DNA of 64,000 nt from a virus. The position numbers and the translations under genes are program-made. The notes under the pieces are model-generated. The model was not told the origin of the DNA, did not search any database, and saw only the letters and a list, made by a program, of their open reading frames with translations. Within the stretch, counting starts at the first letter, position 1, and each line of letters opens with the position of its first letter. Positions 19,433 to 29,764 of this stretch are shown one piece after another. The stretch lies in IMG/VR virus record IMGVR_UViG_3300020419_000004, one strand, 5' to 3'.

Positions 19433-20769
19433 TGGCAAGATCCACTTACTTCACACATGGTACTAGGAACGAACAGTTCTTATTACAGAATTTAGTAGAA
19501 GAGCATCTCAAAATGTTTGGGATGGATATACTCTATTGCCCTAGAGAGATCATGCAGACTGATGGTGTCTTTAATGAGGAAGTTATTGGTGAGTTTAATG
19601 ATGCATATATTATAGAAGCATATCTAGAAAACCCTGATGGGTTCCAAGGTGCAGGTGATTTACTTACTAAGTTTGGTGTAGCACAGGCAGATGAAATAAC
19701 TATGGTTATCTCTGCTCAGAGATTTTCAGATCTTATATCCCAATTCCTTTTACTAGATCCAGATTACAAAGCACCTGAGAGACCACAAGAAGGTGATCTA
19801 ATATATTTCCCACTAACAAGCAATTACTTTGAGATAAAATTTGTAGAGCATGAAGAACCATTCTACCAGTTAGGTAAAGGTTATGTCTATAAACTTAAAG
19901 CAGAACTATTCGAGTACAGTGACGAGCAAGGAGATGTCTTTGACAGCGACGAGGATCTTGTCGATTACGGTTACACTGTCAAGCATTACTACTTGCCTAT
20001 CAATGGTACTACTGCTACTGGAACTCCAACATTACTAAGTGGAGTTATAGATCAAGTCTACATTGATCAAAACGGATCTAAGTATAACGAAGCACCTACA
20101 GTTACTATCGGTGGAGATGGTAGTGGTGCAACAGCAACAGCATATCTTGCTAACATTACTTTGAGTGGTGGATCACCAACAGCATCCGCTATTATCAGAG
20201 CAACAGTTAAAGAGGGTGAGATTAGATCTGTACAGATTGTAGATGGTGGTGCAAACTATGATGAGGATAGAGTAACTCTAGTTGTTAGTTCCCCAGATAG
20301 TCCTGGTAGATTTGCAACTATACTCCCTACTTTTACCAATGGTGTATTGACTTCATTGAATATAGTCAATGGTGGTTCAGGGTATAAGAGTGTTAGATTA
20401 GTTGATATTGATAACGGTGGTACTGGATATACATCTGCTACTGCAACGTTCTCTGCTGCACCAGTTGGAATATCAGGAGCATTCACTGTACCTGAAACAG
20501 TCACTGGTAGCACTACAGGAACTACTGCAAACCTAGTAGAGTGGGATGCAAATGAAGGTTGGGTCAAACTGAAGTCCCCAACTGGTACGTTTACAATAGG
20601 TGAATCTATAGTTGGTTCAGAGTCTGGGGCTACAATTGTGCTAGATAGTAGGGACGAGATGGCAACTGCAGATCCTAAATACTCTGAAGCTGTTACTTTT
20701 GAGACAGCTGGCGATGATATCATGGACTTCAGTGAAGGAAACCCATTTGGAATAGCAGGTAACTTATAA
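19432..20769 (+). CDS. gp14: Neck protein gp14 (with internal repeat insertion)
   Basis: LVEEHLKMFG.D..Y.PR, PQEGDLIYFP, FEIKFVEHEEPFYQLGK, C-terminal DFSEGNPFG. Confidence 0.92.
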   Translation: MARSTYFTHGTRNEQFLLQNLVEEHLKMFGMDILYCPREIMQTDGVFNEEVIGEFNDAYIIEAYLENPDGFQGAGDLLTKFGVAQADEITMVISAQRFSDLISQFLLLDPDYKAPERPQEGDLIYFPLTSNYFEIKFVEHEEPFYQLGKGYVYKLKAELFEYSDEQGDVFDSDEDLVDYGYTVKHYYLPINGTTATGTPTLLSGVIDQVYIDQNGSKYNEAPTVTIGGDGSGATATAYLANITLSGGSPTASAIIRATVKEGEIRSVQIVDGGANYDEDRVTLVVSSPDSPGRFATILPTFTNGVLTSLNIVNGGSGYKSVRLVDIDNGGTGYTSATATFSAAPVGISGAFTVPETVTGSTTGTTANLVEWDANEGWVKLKSPTGTFTIGESIVGSESGATIVLDSRDEMATADPKYSEAVTFETAGDDIMDFSEGNPFGIAGNL

Positions 20770-21773
20770 TGTTAGGTGCATACACATACAACAAGATTAT
20801 TAGAAAGTGCGTCATAGGATTTGGAACACTCTTCAATAACATAGAATGCCGAAAGGAAAAAACAGACGGAACCATATACAGTAGGTTGAAAGTACCTCTA
20901 GCGTACGGTCCTCGACAGAAATTTTTAGCAAGACTAGAACAACAGGCAGATCTAAACCAAAAGGTTGCGATCACAGTTCCCCGTTTATCATTTGAGATGA
21001 CAGGGATATCATATGATAGTGCTAGGAAACTTGCTCCCATCACAATGAATTTGCAAACGGGCGATAAGGATACTGTGAGGAGACAGTACACTCCTGTACC
21101 ATATAATATAGACTTTGAATTAAATGTCATATCTAAGACTAATGATGAAAGTCTAGAGATCCTAGAACAGATAGTTCCCATCTTCCAACCGTCATATCAG
21201 ATGACTATTAAGTTGGTTGATGAGATGAAAGACTATAGGGACATTCCTATTATATTGAATAGCATCAATTACAGTGATGACTATGAAGGATCTTTTGATG
21301 ACAGAAAGATTACTCTAGTTACCATGAGTTTTACTTGTAAGACTTACATCTTCGGACCTGTTGGAACTCAAGGACCTATCAAGAAAGCAAAAGCAGATAT
21401 CTATACTACTATGCCTTCTGCTACAGCAACCAGACAGGTTGAGTATCAGGTCACACCAAAAGCACTTACCGACAAAAACAAGGACGGTACTACAGAACTT
21501 GCAGGTGCTATCACCGCAAGGAACCTCTCAGTTGAGGTAGTAGACTATAGCGACATTCCTACTCAATCATATATTGAGATAGGTAATGAAGTAATGTATG
21601 TCAAGAGTAAGACATCACCGAACAAGTTATCTGTTCGTAGAGCACAAAATGGAACTACTGCTGCAGCTGCAGTATCAGGTACACCTGTTGATCTAATTGA
21701 TGCTACAGATGATGCACTACTAACTAGTGGTGATGACTTTGGATTCTCGGAGAGCACTTCTTATTATGAGTAA
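20769..21773 (+). CDS. gp15: Tail sheath stabiliser / completion protein gp15
   Basis: FGTLFNNI, KVPLAYGPRQKFL, PRLSFEMT, PVPYNIDFEL, EQIVPIFQP. Confidence 0.92.
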   Translation: MLGAYTYNKIIRKCVIGFGTLFNNIECRKEKTDGTIYSRLKVPLAYGPRQKFLARLEQQADLNQKVAITVPRLSFEMTGISYDSARKLAPITMNLQTGDKDTVRRQYTPVPYNIDFELNVISKTNDESLEILEQIVPIFQPSYQMTIKLVDEMKDYRDIPIILNSINYSDDYEGSFDDRKITLVTMSFTCKTYIFGPVGTQGPIKKAKADIYTTMPSATATRQVEYQVTPKALTDKNKDGTTELAGAITARNLSVEVVDYSDIPTQSYIEIGNEVMYVKSKTSPNKLSVRRAQNGTTAAAAVSGTPVDLIDATDDALLTSGDDFGFSESTSYYE

Positions 21774-22179
21774 CGAACTAGACAAAGCATTTGATATTGT
21801 AGAAACAGTATCAGAGGTGACACCCAAACCTGAGGTCAAAGCACCTCCTAAAAAGGTGAATGCTAAAGATGAGGTACAGGACGACTATGAATATGCACGA
21901 GGAAACCTTTACGCCTTGGTGGATAAAGGACAAGAAGCTGTCAACGGTGCTCTTGATTTGGCTATGTCTTCTGATCACCCTAGAGCATACGAAGTTGCTG
22001 GACAACTCATCAAACACGTAGGTGATGTGGCAGACAAACTTATGGCACTACAGAAGGACAAAAAAAATGTCAAAGAAGAGAGTGCTAAAAAGGTAGTGAC
22101 TAACAACTCTTTGTTTGTTGGTAGTACTGCTGACCTTCAAAAGATGCTCAAAGACGCATCTAAGAAAAAAGATAAATAA
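21766..22179 (+). CDS. gp16: Terminase small subunit gp16
   Basis: DDYEYARGNL, HPRAYEVAGQLIK, NNSLFVGSTADLQK; real start is ATG 21766. Confidence 0.92.
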   Translation: MSNELDKAFDIVETVSEVTPKPEVKAPPKKVNAKDEVQDDYEYARGNLYALVDKGQEAVNGALDLAMSSDHPRAYEVAGQLIKHVGDVADKLMALQKDKKNVKEESAKKVVTNNSLFVGSTADLQKMLKDASKKKDK

Positions 22180-22183
22180 TCTT

Positions 22184-22441
22184 ATGGCATATCAAAGAAA
22201 CGACAAAGACTGTGACCCAGTAGATCCTCAACCAGGAAAGACTACGGTCAACCAATTCGCAGGTAATGAGGGTTGGAGTACAGTCACTTACGAAAACTTT
22301 AACGCTGACTATCAAGCTCGTAATACTAACAATACTGCGAGAACACCTGGCACATACCAAGCAAGGAATACTAACAATACTGCTAGAACTCCTGCAGCGT
22401 ATCAGCGTCATGACAAAGACAACAATGCGGTGACAGGATGA
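22184..22441 (+). CDS. Small repeat-containing late protein (85 aa)
   Basis: ATG 22184 follows late promoter ATAAATA (22172-22178); two 15-aa YQARNTNNTARTP repeats and terminal AYQR.DKD motifs. Confidence 0.65.
   Translation: MAYQRNDKDCDPVDPQPGKTTVNQFAGNEGWSTVTYENFNADYQARNTNNTARTPGTYQARNTNNTARTPAAYQRHDKDNNAVTG
22310..22399 (+). repeat. Two 45-bp degenerate tandem repeats (coding)
   Basis: 22310-22354 and 22355-22399 both encode YQARNTNNTARTP(GT/AA) with synonymous divergence. Confidence 0.8.
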
Positions 22442-23142
22442 CTACAAGAATACCTACAATGTATGGAAGGTACTACGTTCTCACTATTGTATGGAGAGGT
22501 AGAGAATATGATATCACTGTCTTTAGATCTAAGTTACAAAAACTTCAGAGACCACAAGCACAGCGTATCGCTCAGAGTATCTACCCAAATAGTAAGGTAA
22601 TCAAGTATCATGAATCCGATCCAAGTGACGGACCTGTTGTATTAGCAACAGAATCTTTGAGACAAGCAAAGAAGAACATTGGTAGAGATCCCGACAAACC
22701 TTCCTGTTGGAAAGGTTATAAAGCAAAGGGAACTAAGATGAAGGGCGGTAAGTCAGTACCGAACTGTGTGAAAGAATTTGCTACGTTCATGGATGAAGCA
22801 AAGAAAGGTTCTAAAAAGAAAAAGAACCAAGTGAATGATGAAGACAAACACGATGCAGGTAACTTACCACCTGCTATGGGAGGACCTTTGGGAGAAGGTG
22901 CTGCATGGACAAAGAAGGCTGGCAAGAACAAAGAAGGTGGTTTAAATGAGAAAGGGAGGAAGTCTTATGAAAAAGAAAATCCTGGTTCTGATTTAAAAGC
23001 ACCATCTAAAAAGAAAGGAAACAAGCGAAGAGCAAGTTTCTGTGCTAGAATGAAAGGTATGAAGAAGAAACTTACTTCTAAAAAGACTGCATCTGATCCA
23101 GATAGTAGGATAAACAAATCTCTAAGAGCGTGGAACTGTTAA
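22438..23142 (+). CDS. Basic multi-motif hypothetical protein (C-terminal DUF6321-like domain)
   Basis: WRGREY N-terminal domain, CWKGY...VPNCV motif, and AWTKKAGKN..GGLN..GR...RRASFCARM...SLRAWNC. Confidence 0.6.
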   Translation: MTTRIPTMYGRYYVLTIVWRGREYDITVFRSKLQKLQRPQAQRIAQSIYPNSKVIKYHESDPSDGPVVLATESLRQAKKNIGRDPDKPSCWKGYKAKGTKMKGGKSVPNCVKEFATFMDEAKKGSKKKKNQVNDEDKHDAGNLPPAMGGPLGEGAAWTKKAGKNKEGGLNEKGRKSYEKENPGSDLKAPSKKKGNKRRASFCARMKGMKKKLTSKKTASDPDSRINKSLRAWNC

Positions 23143-23144
23143 TT

Positions 23145-23303
23145 ATGAAGACTAGAATAGAAGAATTAAAATCTGAACTCCGTGTTGTAGAGGCATTTCG
23201 AGACGTTGGCCGTGCCAAAGTTTTGAAATCCATGCTACAATATGAACTAAAGCAGGAGGAGTTCAGTCATGAGCGAAGTACCAGAGGATCGGTTAGACAC
23301 TGA
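23145..23303 (+). CDS. Hypothetical protein (52 aa, not in ORF track)
   Basis: MKTRIEELKSELRVVEAF...SVRH*; fills the gap before terL. Confidence 0.5.
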   Translation: MKTRIEELKSELRVVEAFRDVGRAKVLKSMLQYELKQEEFSHERSTRGSVRH

Positions 23304-23436
23304 TTGGATTGATTACGAAGGTGTAATAGGAGAAGATCCTGTGACACATCAATTCACTCTACAATTACATAGGCACCTATATTGGTTCCCAACCAAAGAG
23401 GAAGCTGAAGAGTTTCAAGTAACGCATGCCGACTAA
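23269..23436 (+). CDS. Hypothetical protein (55 aa, not in ORF track)
   Basis: MSEVPEDRLDTDWIDYEG...THAD*; strong AGGAGGAG RBS upstream; overlaps the terL start. Confidence 0.6.
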   Translation: MSEVPEDRLDTDWIDYEGVIGEDPVTHQFTLQLHRHLYWFPTKEEAEEFQVTHAD

Positions 23437-25108
23437 TACTACAGATTTTTACTTAGGCAATCCCAATCTTAAGAAGGTTGGTGCTGAAATACAATTTACC
23501 AAGGAGCAGATATCCGAATACCTTAAGTGTAAAGAGGATCCTGTTTACTTTGCGATGAATTACATCAAGATTATATCTCTTGATGAAGGTATCGTGCCAT
23601 TTAAAATGTGGGACTTTCAACAGGAGTTGATCGAAAAGTTCCATAAGCACAGATTTAACATTGCAAAACTTCCTCGACAGACTGGTAAGTCCACTACGTG
23701 TGTGTCTTATCTACTTCACTATGTCTTGTTTAATGACAACGTGAACGTTGGTATTCTTGCCAACAAGTTATCTACTGCTAGAGACTTGCTCGGAAGATTA
23801 CAACTTGCTTATGAACAGCTGCCCATGTGGATGCAGCAAGGTATCATAACATATAACAAAGGATCAATGGAGTTAGAAAATGGATCTAAAATCTTGGCTG
23901 CGTCTACCTCTGCTAGTGCAGTCCGAGGTATGTCTTTCAACATTATTTTTTTGGATGAGTTTGCCTTTATACCTAATCATATTGCCGAACAGTTCTTTAG
24001 TTCTGTATATCCTACTATCACTTCAGGTACCAAGACGAAAGTCATAATCATTAGCACACCTAATGGTATGAACCACTTCTATAAGTTGTGGGTAGATGCA
24101 CAGAAGGGTAAAAATGGGTACGCATGGTCTGAAGTTCACTGGTCAAAAGTACCAGGCAGAGATGCTCAATGGAAGGAAACGACTATCGCAAACACTTCCG
24201 TAAGACAGTTCACTCAAGAGTTTGACTGCGAGTTCTTAGGATCTGTTGATACATTGATAGCAGCATCTAAGTTGAGAGTATTAGTCTACGATGACATAAT
24301 GACTAGCAATGCTGGTTTAGATGTATATGAAAATCCTGTAGACAACAACGATTATATTATATGTGTGGATGTATCTCGTGGTCTATCACAGGATTACTCT
24401 GCCTTTGTGGTTATCAATATATCTAAAGCACCGTGGAGACTGGTGGCAAAGTATAGGAACAATGAGATCAGACCTATGCTATTACCAAACGTTATCTACA
24501 ATGTAGCAAACAATTATAATAAAGCACACGTATTGATAGAAGTAAATGATATAGGAGAAGCAGTTGCTTCTAGTTTATTCTATGATGTCGAGTATGAAAA
24601 TGTACTGATGTGTGCTATGAGAGGTCGTGCAGGTCAGATAGTTGGACAAGGTTTCTCAGGTAATAAGACACAGATGGGTGTCAAGATGAGCAAGACAGTT
24701 AAGGCACAAGGATGCTCTAACTTAAAGACTTTGATAGAAGATGATAAATTAATTGTTAAGGATTACAACATAGTATCTGAACTAACTACCTTCATTCAAA
24801 ACAAACAATCATTTGAAGCAGACGAAGGATATCATGATGACCTTGTTATGTGTTTAGTCATCTTCTCATGGTTAGTGCAGCAAGAATACTTTAAAGAAAT
24901 GACGGATCAGGACATCCGTCGTAGAATATACGAAGAACAGAAGAACCAGATAGAACAAGACATGGCACCATTTGGTTTTATAGACGATGGATTGGAAGAT
25001 GAGATGATCAAAGACAGCGAGGGAAATATCTGGACTATTGATATGAATGAGAAAGAATACACCTTAGACGAGTATGGTGATAGGGCATTCATGTGGGACT
25101 ATCGCTGA
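23426..25108 (+). CDS. gp17: Terminase large subunit gp17
   Basis: YLGNPNLK, PRQTGKST Walker A, IFLDEFAF Walker B, DVSRG and HDDLVM nuclease motifs. Confidence 0.96.
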   Translation: MPTNTTDFYLGNPNLKKVGAEIQFTKEQISEYLKCKEDPVYFAMNYIKIISLDEGIVPFKMWDFQQELIEKFHKHRFNIAKLPRQTGKSTTCVSYLLHYVLFNDNVNVGILANKLSTARDLLGRLQLAYEQLPMWMQQGIITYNKGSMELENGSKILAASTSASAVRGMSFNIIFLDEFAFIPNHIAEQFFSSVYPTITSGTKTKVIIISTPNGMNHFYKLWVDAQKGKNGYAWSEVHWSKVPGRDAQWKETTIANTSVRQFTQEFDCEFLGSVDTLIAASKLRVLVYDDIMTSNAGLDVYENPVDNNDYIICVDVSRGLSQDYSAFVVINISKAPWRLVAKYRNNEIRPMLLPNVIYNVANNYNKAHVLIEVNDIGEAVASSLFYDVEYENVLMCAMRGRAGQIVGQGFSGNKTQMGVKMSKTVKAQGCSNLKTLIEDDKLIVKDYNIVSELTTFIQNKQSFEADEGYHDDLVMCLVIFSWLVQQEYFKEMTDQDIRRRIYEEQKNQIEQDMAPFGFIDDGLEDEMIKDSEGNIWTIDMNEKEYTLDEYGDRAFMWDYR

Positions 25109-25122
25109 AAGAGCTCCAATTT

Positions 25123-25129
25123 CTAAATA
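25123..25129 (+). promoter_or_regulatory. Late promoter (CTAAATA) for tail sheath
   Basis: Consensus match upstream of the AGGAG RBS and ATG 25169. Confidence 0.65.
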
Positions 25130-25168
25130 ACTATAGACAAAAATTGATTTATCATCAGGAGTACACGC

Positions 25169-27154
25169 ATGGCTAGCACGCTTCTATCGCCAGGAGTTGA
25201 GATCCAGGAAAGGGATCTGACTGTTGGGTCGATTGAGACGGTTGAAGTAAACGTTGGGGCAATAGCAGGATCATTTGCAAAAGGACCTGTTCTTACACCC
25301 GTTCGTATATCAAACGAATCTCAACTCATTGAAATCTTTGGAGAACCATCTGACTCTAACGCAGAAACATGGTGGACTGCAGCAAGTTTCCTATCTTACG
25401 GTGGAGTACTTGACGTAGTTCGTTGTGCAACATCTGGACAGTTAAGTGCATCAGACGACAGTGCAACATCTCCATATCTTCTTTCTATTACTACTAAAGA
25501 AGTATACGAAGCAACATATTTCACAGCAGCAGCAAACCCATTCCACTACGCAGCAAGAGATGTTGGTGCAGACGGAAATGCAATAAGGGTTGGGGTAATT
25601 GATAAGGGAGCAGACGTTTCCTTAAAACTAGATGGTGCTTTAGGCACTGCTACAGTTGGTACACAAGTACAGAATACAGCTGGAACTAAATCGGGTTACA
25701 TCTATGCGTGGGATGGTGGCACGAATACAGTTTCACTAATTTCTTCTGACACATGGACAACAGCAGACATCGTTGAGAATGGTGTAAGTGACTTAAACAT
25801 CACAACAGTTTCTGACTGGTATGATGGACAGGATGTATTTACAGGACTTAAGTGGTCTTCTATTGCTCCTAGACCTGGCACTTCACCTTACGTCGCAGCA
25901 CGTGGCGGTTCAAGTGATGAAATGCATGTTGCAGTTTGGGATGCTACTGGTGCTATCACTGGTTCACCAAACACTTTACTTGAGAAGTTTACATATGTTT
26001 CTAAAGCAAACAATGCTAAAACAACTCAAGGTGCAGGTAACTATTACCCACAGGTTGTACTTGACAAGAGTGCATTTGTTTACTGGGGTGCTCACGAAAC
26101 ATCAGTATATGATGTAAGTGGTAACCAAGCAGCTACTGGTGGTAACATCGCAGGTACTGGTAATGCAGGTAGTCCAAGTACAACAACATTTGACTTGTTC
26201 TCTGGTCCTACTAGCTACACTATGGCGAAAGGTGCTGAAACTGGAAGTGCATCTTCTGGAGAAATTATCACTGGACTTCAAGAGTTCGCTGATACTGAAA
26301 CAGTTTCAATAGATTATCTAATTGCTGGTCCTGGTGACGCAGCAAGCAAAACCAATACTCAGGCAATCGGTGCTGCAGTATTAACAATCACTTCAAACAG
26401 AAAGGATTGTGTTGGTTTCTTATCTCCTTTCAGAGGAGACGTTGTTGGAGTTACAAGCTCCATGACACAAACACAAAACGTAGTTGACTACTACTCAGGT
26501 ATGCAAGCAACATCATTCGGTGTGTTTGATAATACATGGAAGTATGTCTACGACAGATTTGCTGACAAGTATAGATACATTCCATGTAACGGAGACGTTG
26601 CAGGATTATGTGCTGCTACTACAGCAAACGGATTACCTTGGTTCTCACCAGCAGGTTTAAACCGTGGTGCAATTAAGAATGCTGTTAAACTAGCATACTC
26701 ACCAACCAAATCCGAAAGAGATTCATTGTATCAGAAGAGAATTAATCCTATAACCAGTCTACCTGGTCAAGGCATAGTTCTATTCGGTGACAAAACAGCT
26801 CTCGCTTCACCATCTGCATTTGATCGCATCAACGTTCGTCGTCTTTTCAACGTGATAGAGAAGACAATCGGCAACGCTGCGAAGGGAGTACTCTTTGAAC
26901 TTAATGACGAATTCACTAGAAACAACTTTAAGAATGTTGTTGAACCATACCTTAGAGGTGTACAAGCCGAAAGAGGTATCACAGATTTCTTAGTTGTATG
27001 TGATGACACCAATAATCCTGGTTCAGTCATTGACGCGAACGAATTTAAGGCAGATTTCTATATCAAGCCTGCACGTTCAATCAACTTTATCACATTGACA
27101 TTCATTGCTACACGCACTGGCGTTAGTTTTGAAGAAGTCATCCCCCGCAGATAA
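25169..27154 (+). CDS. gp18: Tail sheath protein gp18
   Basis: LSPGVEIQERD, PWFSPAG.NRG, GDKT...SAFDRINVRRLF, IKPARSINFI.L.F.ATRTG. Confidence 0.96.
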   Translation: MASTLLSPGVEIQERDLTVGSIETVEVNVGAIAGSFAKGPVLTPVRISNESQLIEIFGEPSDSNAETWWTAASFLSYGGVLDVVRCATSGQLSASDDSATSPYLLSITTKEVYEATYFTAAANPFHYAARDVGADGNAIRVGVIDKGADVSLKLDGALGTATVGTQVQNTAGTKSGYIYAWDGGTNTVSLISSDTWTTADIVENGVSDLNITTVSDWYDGQDVFTGLKWSSIAPRPGTSPYVAARGGSSDEMHVAVWDATGAITGSPNTLLEKFTYVSKANNAKTTQGAGNYYPQVVLDKSAFVYWGAHETSVYDVSGNQAATGGNIAGTGNAGSPSTTTFDLFSGPTSYTMAKGAETGSASSGEIITGLQEFADTETVSIDYLIAGPGDAASKTNTQAIGAAVLTITSNRKDCVGFLSPFRGDVVGVTSSMTQTQNVVDYYSGMQATSFGVFDNTWKYVYDRFADKYRYIPCNGDVAGLCAATTANGLPWFSPAGLNRGAIKNAVKLAYSPTKSERDSLYQKRINPITSLPGQGIVLFGDKTALASPSAFDRINVRRLFNVIEKTIGNAAKGVLFELNDEFTRNNFKNVVEPYLRGVQAERGITDFLVVCDDTNNPGSVIDANEFKADFYIKPARSINFITLTFIATRTGVSFEEVIPRR

Positions 27155-27173
27155 TTAACGGAGCACATTAACA

Positions 27174-27779
27174 ATGGCAACCCCACTAGGTATTTTAGAA
27201 TTCCAAAGAGCGATTAGAGGTGGTGTACGACCTAACCTCTTCTCAGTAGCCCACGCTTGGCCACAAGGCACAGCTTTATCAGAACCCGTCATCGACGGAG
27301 TAGCAGCATCCAAAGGATCTGCTGTTACATACATGTGTAAGTCTGCTGCTTTACCAGCAACCAACGTTGGAACAGTTGAACTTCCCTTCCGTGGACGTGT
27401 TATTAAAGTTCCTGGCGACAGAACTTATGAAACATGGACAGGTACATTCTATATGGATGATGCATTCGCACTAAGAAGTGCTTATGAGAAGTGGATCCAA
27501 CTTACTAATGACGTTGAAGCTAACACTGCAAACTCTGATATTGTGGACACATGGGTAGACATCCAAGTCACACAACTAGACAAGTTTGGTGGTGACGGTG
27601 CTGCAGATGGAAAACTAACAGAATTAAGACAGTACAATTTAGTCAGTGCTTGGCCTGTAAGTGTATCACAAGTATCACTTGCATACGACAACAACGATTC
27701 ATACGAAGAGTTTGATGTTGAGTTTGCTTATCAGTACCATACAAGTTCTGGTGGCAAAAACAAGAATAACGTCGTTTAG
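27174..27779 (+). CDS. gp19: Tail tube protein gp19
   Basis: GGVRPNLF, ELPFRGR.IKVPGDRTYETW, AWP..VS..L.YD...EEF.VEFAYQY. Confidence 0.94.
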   Translation: MATPLGILEFQRAIRGGVRPNLFSVAHAWPQGTALSEPVIDGVAASKGSAVTYMCKSAALPATNVGTVELPFRGRVIKVPGDRTYETWTGTFYMDDAFALRSAYEKWIQLTNDVEANTANSDIVDTWVDIQVTQLDKFGGDGAADGKLTELRQYNLVSAWPVSVSQVSLAYDNNDSYEEFDVEFAYQYHTSSGGKNKNNVV

Positions 27780-27787
27780 AAAGTCAA

Positions 27788-27794
27788 CTAAATA
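27788..27794 (+). promoter_or_regulatory. Late promoter (CTAAATA) for portal
   Basis: Consensus match in the 39-bp gap before gp20. Confidence 0.65.
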
Positions 27795-27818
27795 GTCAGG
27801 TAAAGAAACCCAAATATT

Positions 27819-29453
27819 ATGGCAGAGTTATTCGGTTTCTCGTTTAAGAAGCAAAAGATTAAGGAGCGTGCCCCGTCTCCTATCCAACCTTCTAGCGAGG
27901 ACGGAGCTACTAGTTATATTGCAGGAGGTTACTATGGTCAATATCTTGACCTAGACGGTAACTTCAAAACTGAATATGACATGGTGAAGAAGTATCGGGA
28001 AATGGCGATGCATCCAGAAGTGGATTCCGCCATCGAAGATATTATACATGAAGCAATAGTTGCTGATCAAAATGATAGTCCTGTAGAAGTTAACCTTGAT
28101 AACCTTGAGGTTAGTGATTCTGTAAAAGGAATGATACGTGACGAGTTCGATTATATTAAAAACTTATTTGGATTTGATGGCAAAGCCCATGAGATGTTCC
28201 GCAGATGGTACATTGATGGGCGTTTGTACTATCATAAGGTCATTGATTTAGATGCACCACAAGACGGTATTAAAGAAGTCAGATATATTGATCCATCAAA
28301 GATTAAGAAAGTAAGACAGATAACAAAACCCAAGACAGCAGATGAATTTATGAAGTATGACTTCGGATCATCTGAGGAATATTTCATATACAATCCAAAA
28401 GGATTGAACAATACTTCCGCGAATAGTGGTATCAAGATTGCCAAAGATGCTATCACTTACGTGACAAGTGGTATCATGGACACCAATAGAAATATTGTAT
28501 TGTCCTATTTGCACAAAGGAATTAAAGTACTCAATCAACTTAGAATGATCGAGGACAGTCTAGTTATATACAGAATATCAAGAGCACCAGAGCGTAGAAT
28601 ATTTTATATTGACGTAGGTAACCTACCTAAAGTTAAGGCAGAACAATACTTACGTGAAGTTATGGGAAGGTATCGTAACAAATTAGTATACGATGCTGCC
28701 ACTGGAGAGATCAGAGACGACAGAAAATACATGTCAATGATGGAAGATTTCTGGTTACCACGTAGAGAAGGGGGTAGAGGTACTGAAATTACTACACTTC
28801 CTGGTGGTCAGAACCTTGGAGAGCTTACAGACGTGCAATATTTCCAAACAAAACTTTACAAAGCGTTAAATGTTCCAGCTGGTCGTTTGGAATCAGGGCA
28901 AGCATTTAACATTGGAAGGTCATCTGAGATCACTAGAGATGAATTGAAGTTCACTAAGTTTGTGGGTAAACTCCGCAAGAAGTTTAGTGATATCTTTAAT
29001 GATACTCTAAAGACCCAGTTAATCCTGAAGAGTGTCATCACTCCTGAAGACTGGGATGAGATGAAGGAGCATATCCAGTATGACTATCTCTATGATAATC
29101 ATTTCACGGAGCTAAAGAACCTAGAGATGATGACAGAGCAACTCAATGTCATTGGTCTTATGGATCCTTATGTTGGTAAGTACTTCTCTATAGATTATAT
29201 TCGTCAGAATGTTCTTGGTCAAACCGAGAGACAAATTGAAGACATGGATCTTCAGATCGCAGATGATATAGAATCAGGTAGAGCAATCAATCCAACAGAT
29301 CTAGTATCTGCAGATCAACAGCAGTTAGATGCAGAGACTGATAATATAGAGCTCGATCAGGAAGTTAAGAAAGCTCAAATTGCTAGTCAAAAATCAAAAG
29401 CCGCGGCCGATCAACAGAAATCTGTTGCTCCAAAACCTAAAGCTGATAAATAA
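27819..29453 (+). CDS. gp20: Portal protein gp20
   Basis: WYIDGR, IYRISRAPERRIFYIDVGNLPK, EDFWLPRREGGRGTEITTLPGG. Confidence 0.97.
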   Translation: MAELFGFSFKKQKIKERAPSPIQPSSEDGATSYIAGGYYGQYLDLDGNFKTEYDMVKKYREMAMHPEVDSAIEDIIHEAIVADQNDSPVEVNLDNLEVSDSVKGMIRDEFDYIKNLFGFDGKAHEMFRRWYIDGRLYYHKVIDLDAPQDGIKEVRYIDPSKIKKVRQITKPKTADEFMKYDFGSSEEYFIYNPKGLNNTSANSGIKIAKDAITYVTSGIMDTNRNIVLSYLHKGIKVLNQLRMIEDSLVIYRISRAPERRIFYIDVGNLPKVKAEQYLREVMGRYRNKLVYDAATGEIRDDRKYMSMMEDFWLPRREGGRGTEITTLPGGQNLGELTDVQYFQTKLYKALNVPAGRLESGQAFNIGRSSEITRDELKFTKFVGKLRKKFSDIFNDTLKTQLILKSVITPEDWDEMKEHIQYDYLYDNHFTELKNLEMMTEQLNVIGLMDPYVGKYFSIDYIRQNVLGQTERQIEDMDLQIADDIESGRAINPTDLVSADQQQLDAETDNIELDQEVKKAQIASQKSKAAADQQKSVAPKPKADK

Positions 29454-29473
29454 ATTACAGACAACGTTACATT

Positions 29474-29764
29474 ATGGCAACACAAGAACGAGAAATCGTT
29501 GATTTACTTTGGGACAATGATAGGGCAGATGCCTTAGACAAACTCAAAGATATGCTACAAGTGAAAGCTGCTGCTGCAGTGGACACAAGTAAATTGGACA
29601 TTGCGAACAAAATGTTTCCGCACGTCCCTGATGATGGCAAACCAACTGGATTACCTCCAGAGGGAGAAGCATCAGAAGATGAAACTGCGGAAGTAATCAA
29701 CCGCAATGCTGAAAACGAATCAGAGGAAAACGATGATGAGACTGATAACGGAACAGAACAATGA
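29474..29764 (+). CDS. Small acidic prohead core protein (gp67/68 position)
   Basis: Acidic 96-aa ORF between gp20 and gp21, preceded by ATAAATA (29446-29452). Confidence 0.6.
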   Translation: MATQEREIVDLLWDNDRADALDKLKDMLQVKAAAAVDTSKLDIANKMFPHVPDDGKPTGLPPEGEASEDETAEVINRNAENESEENDDETDNGTEQ

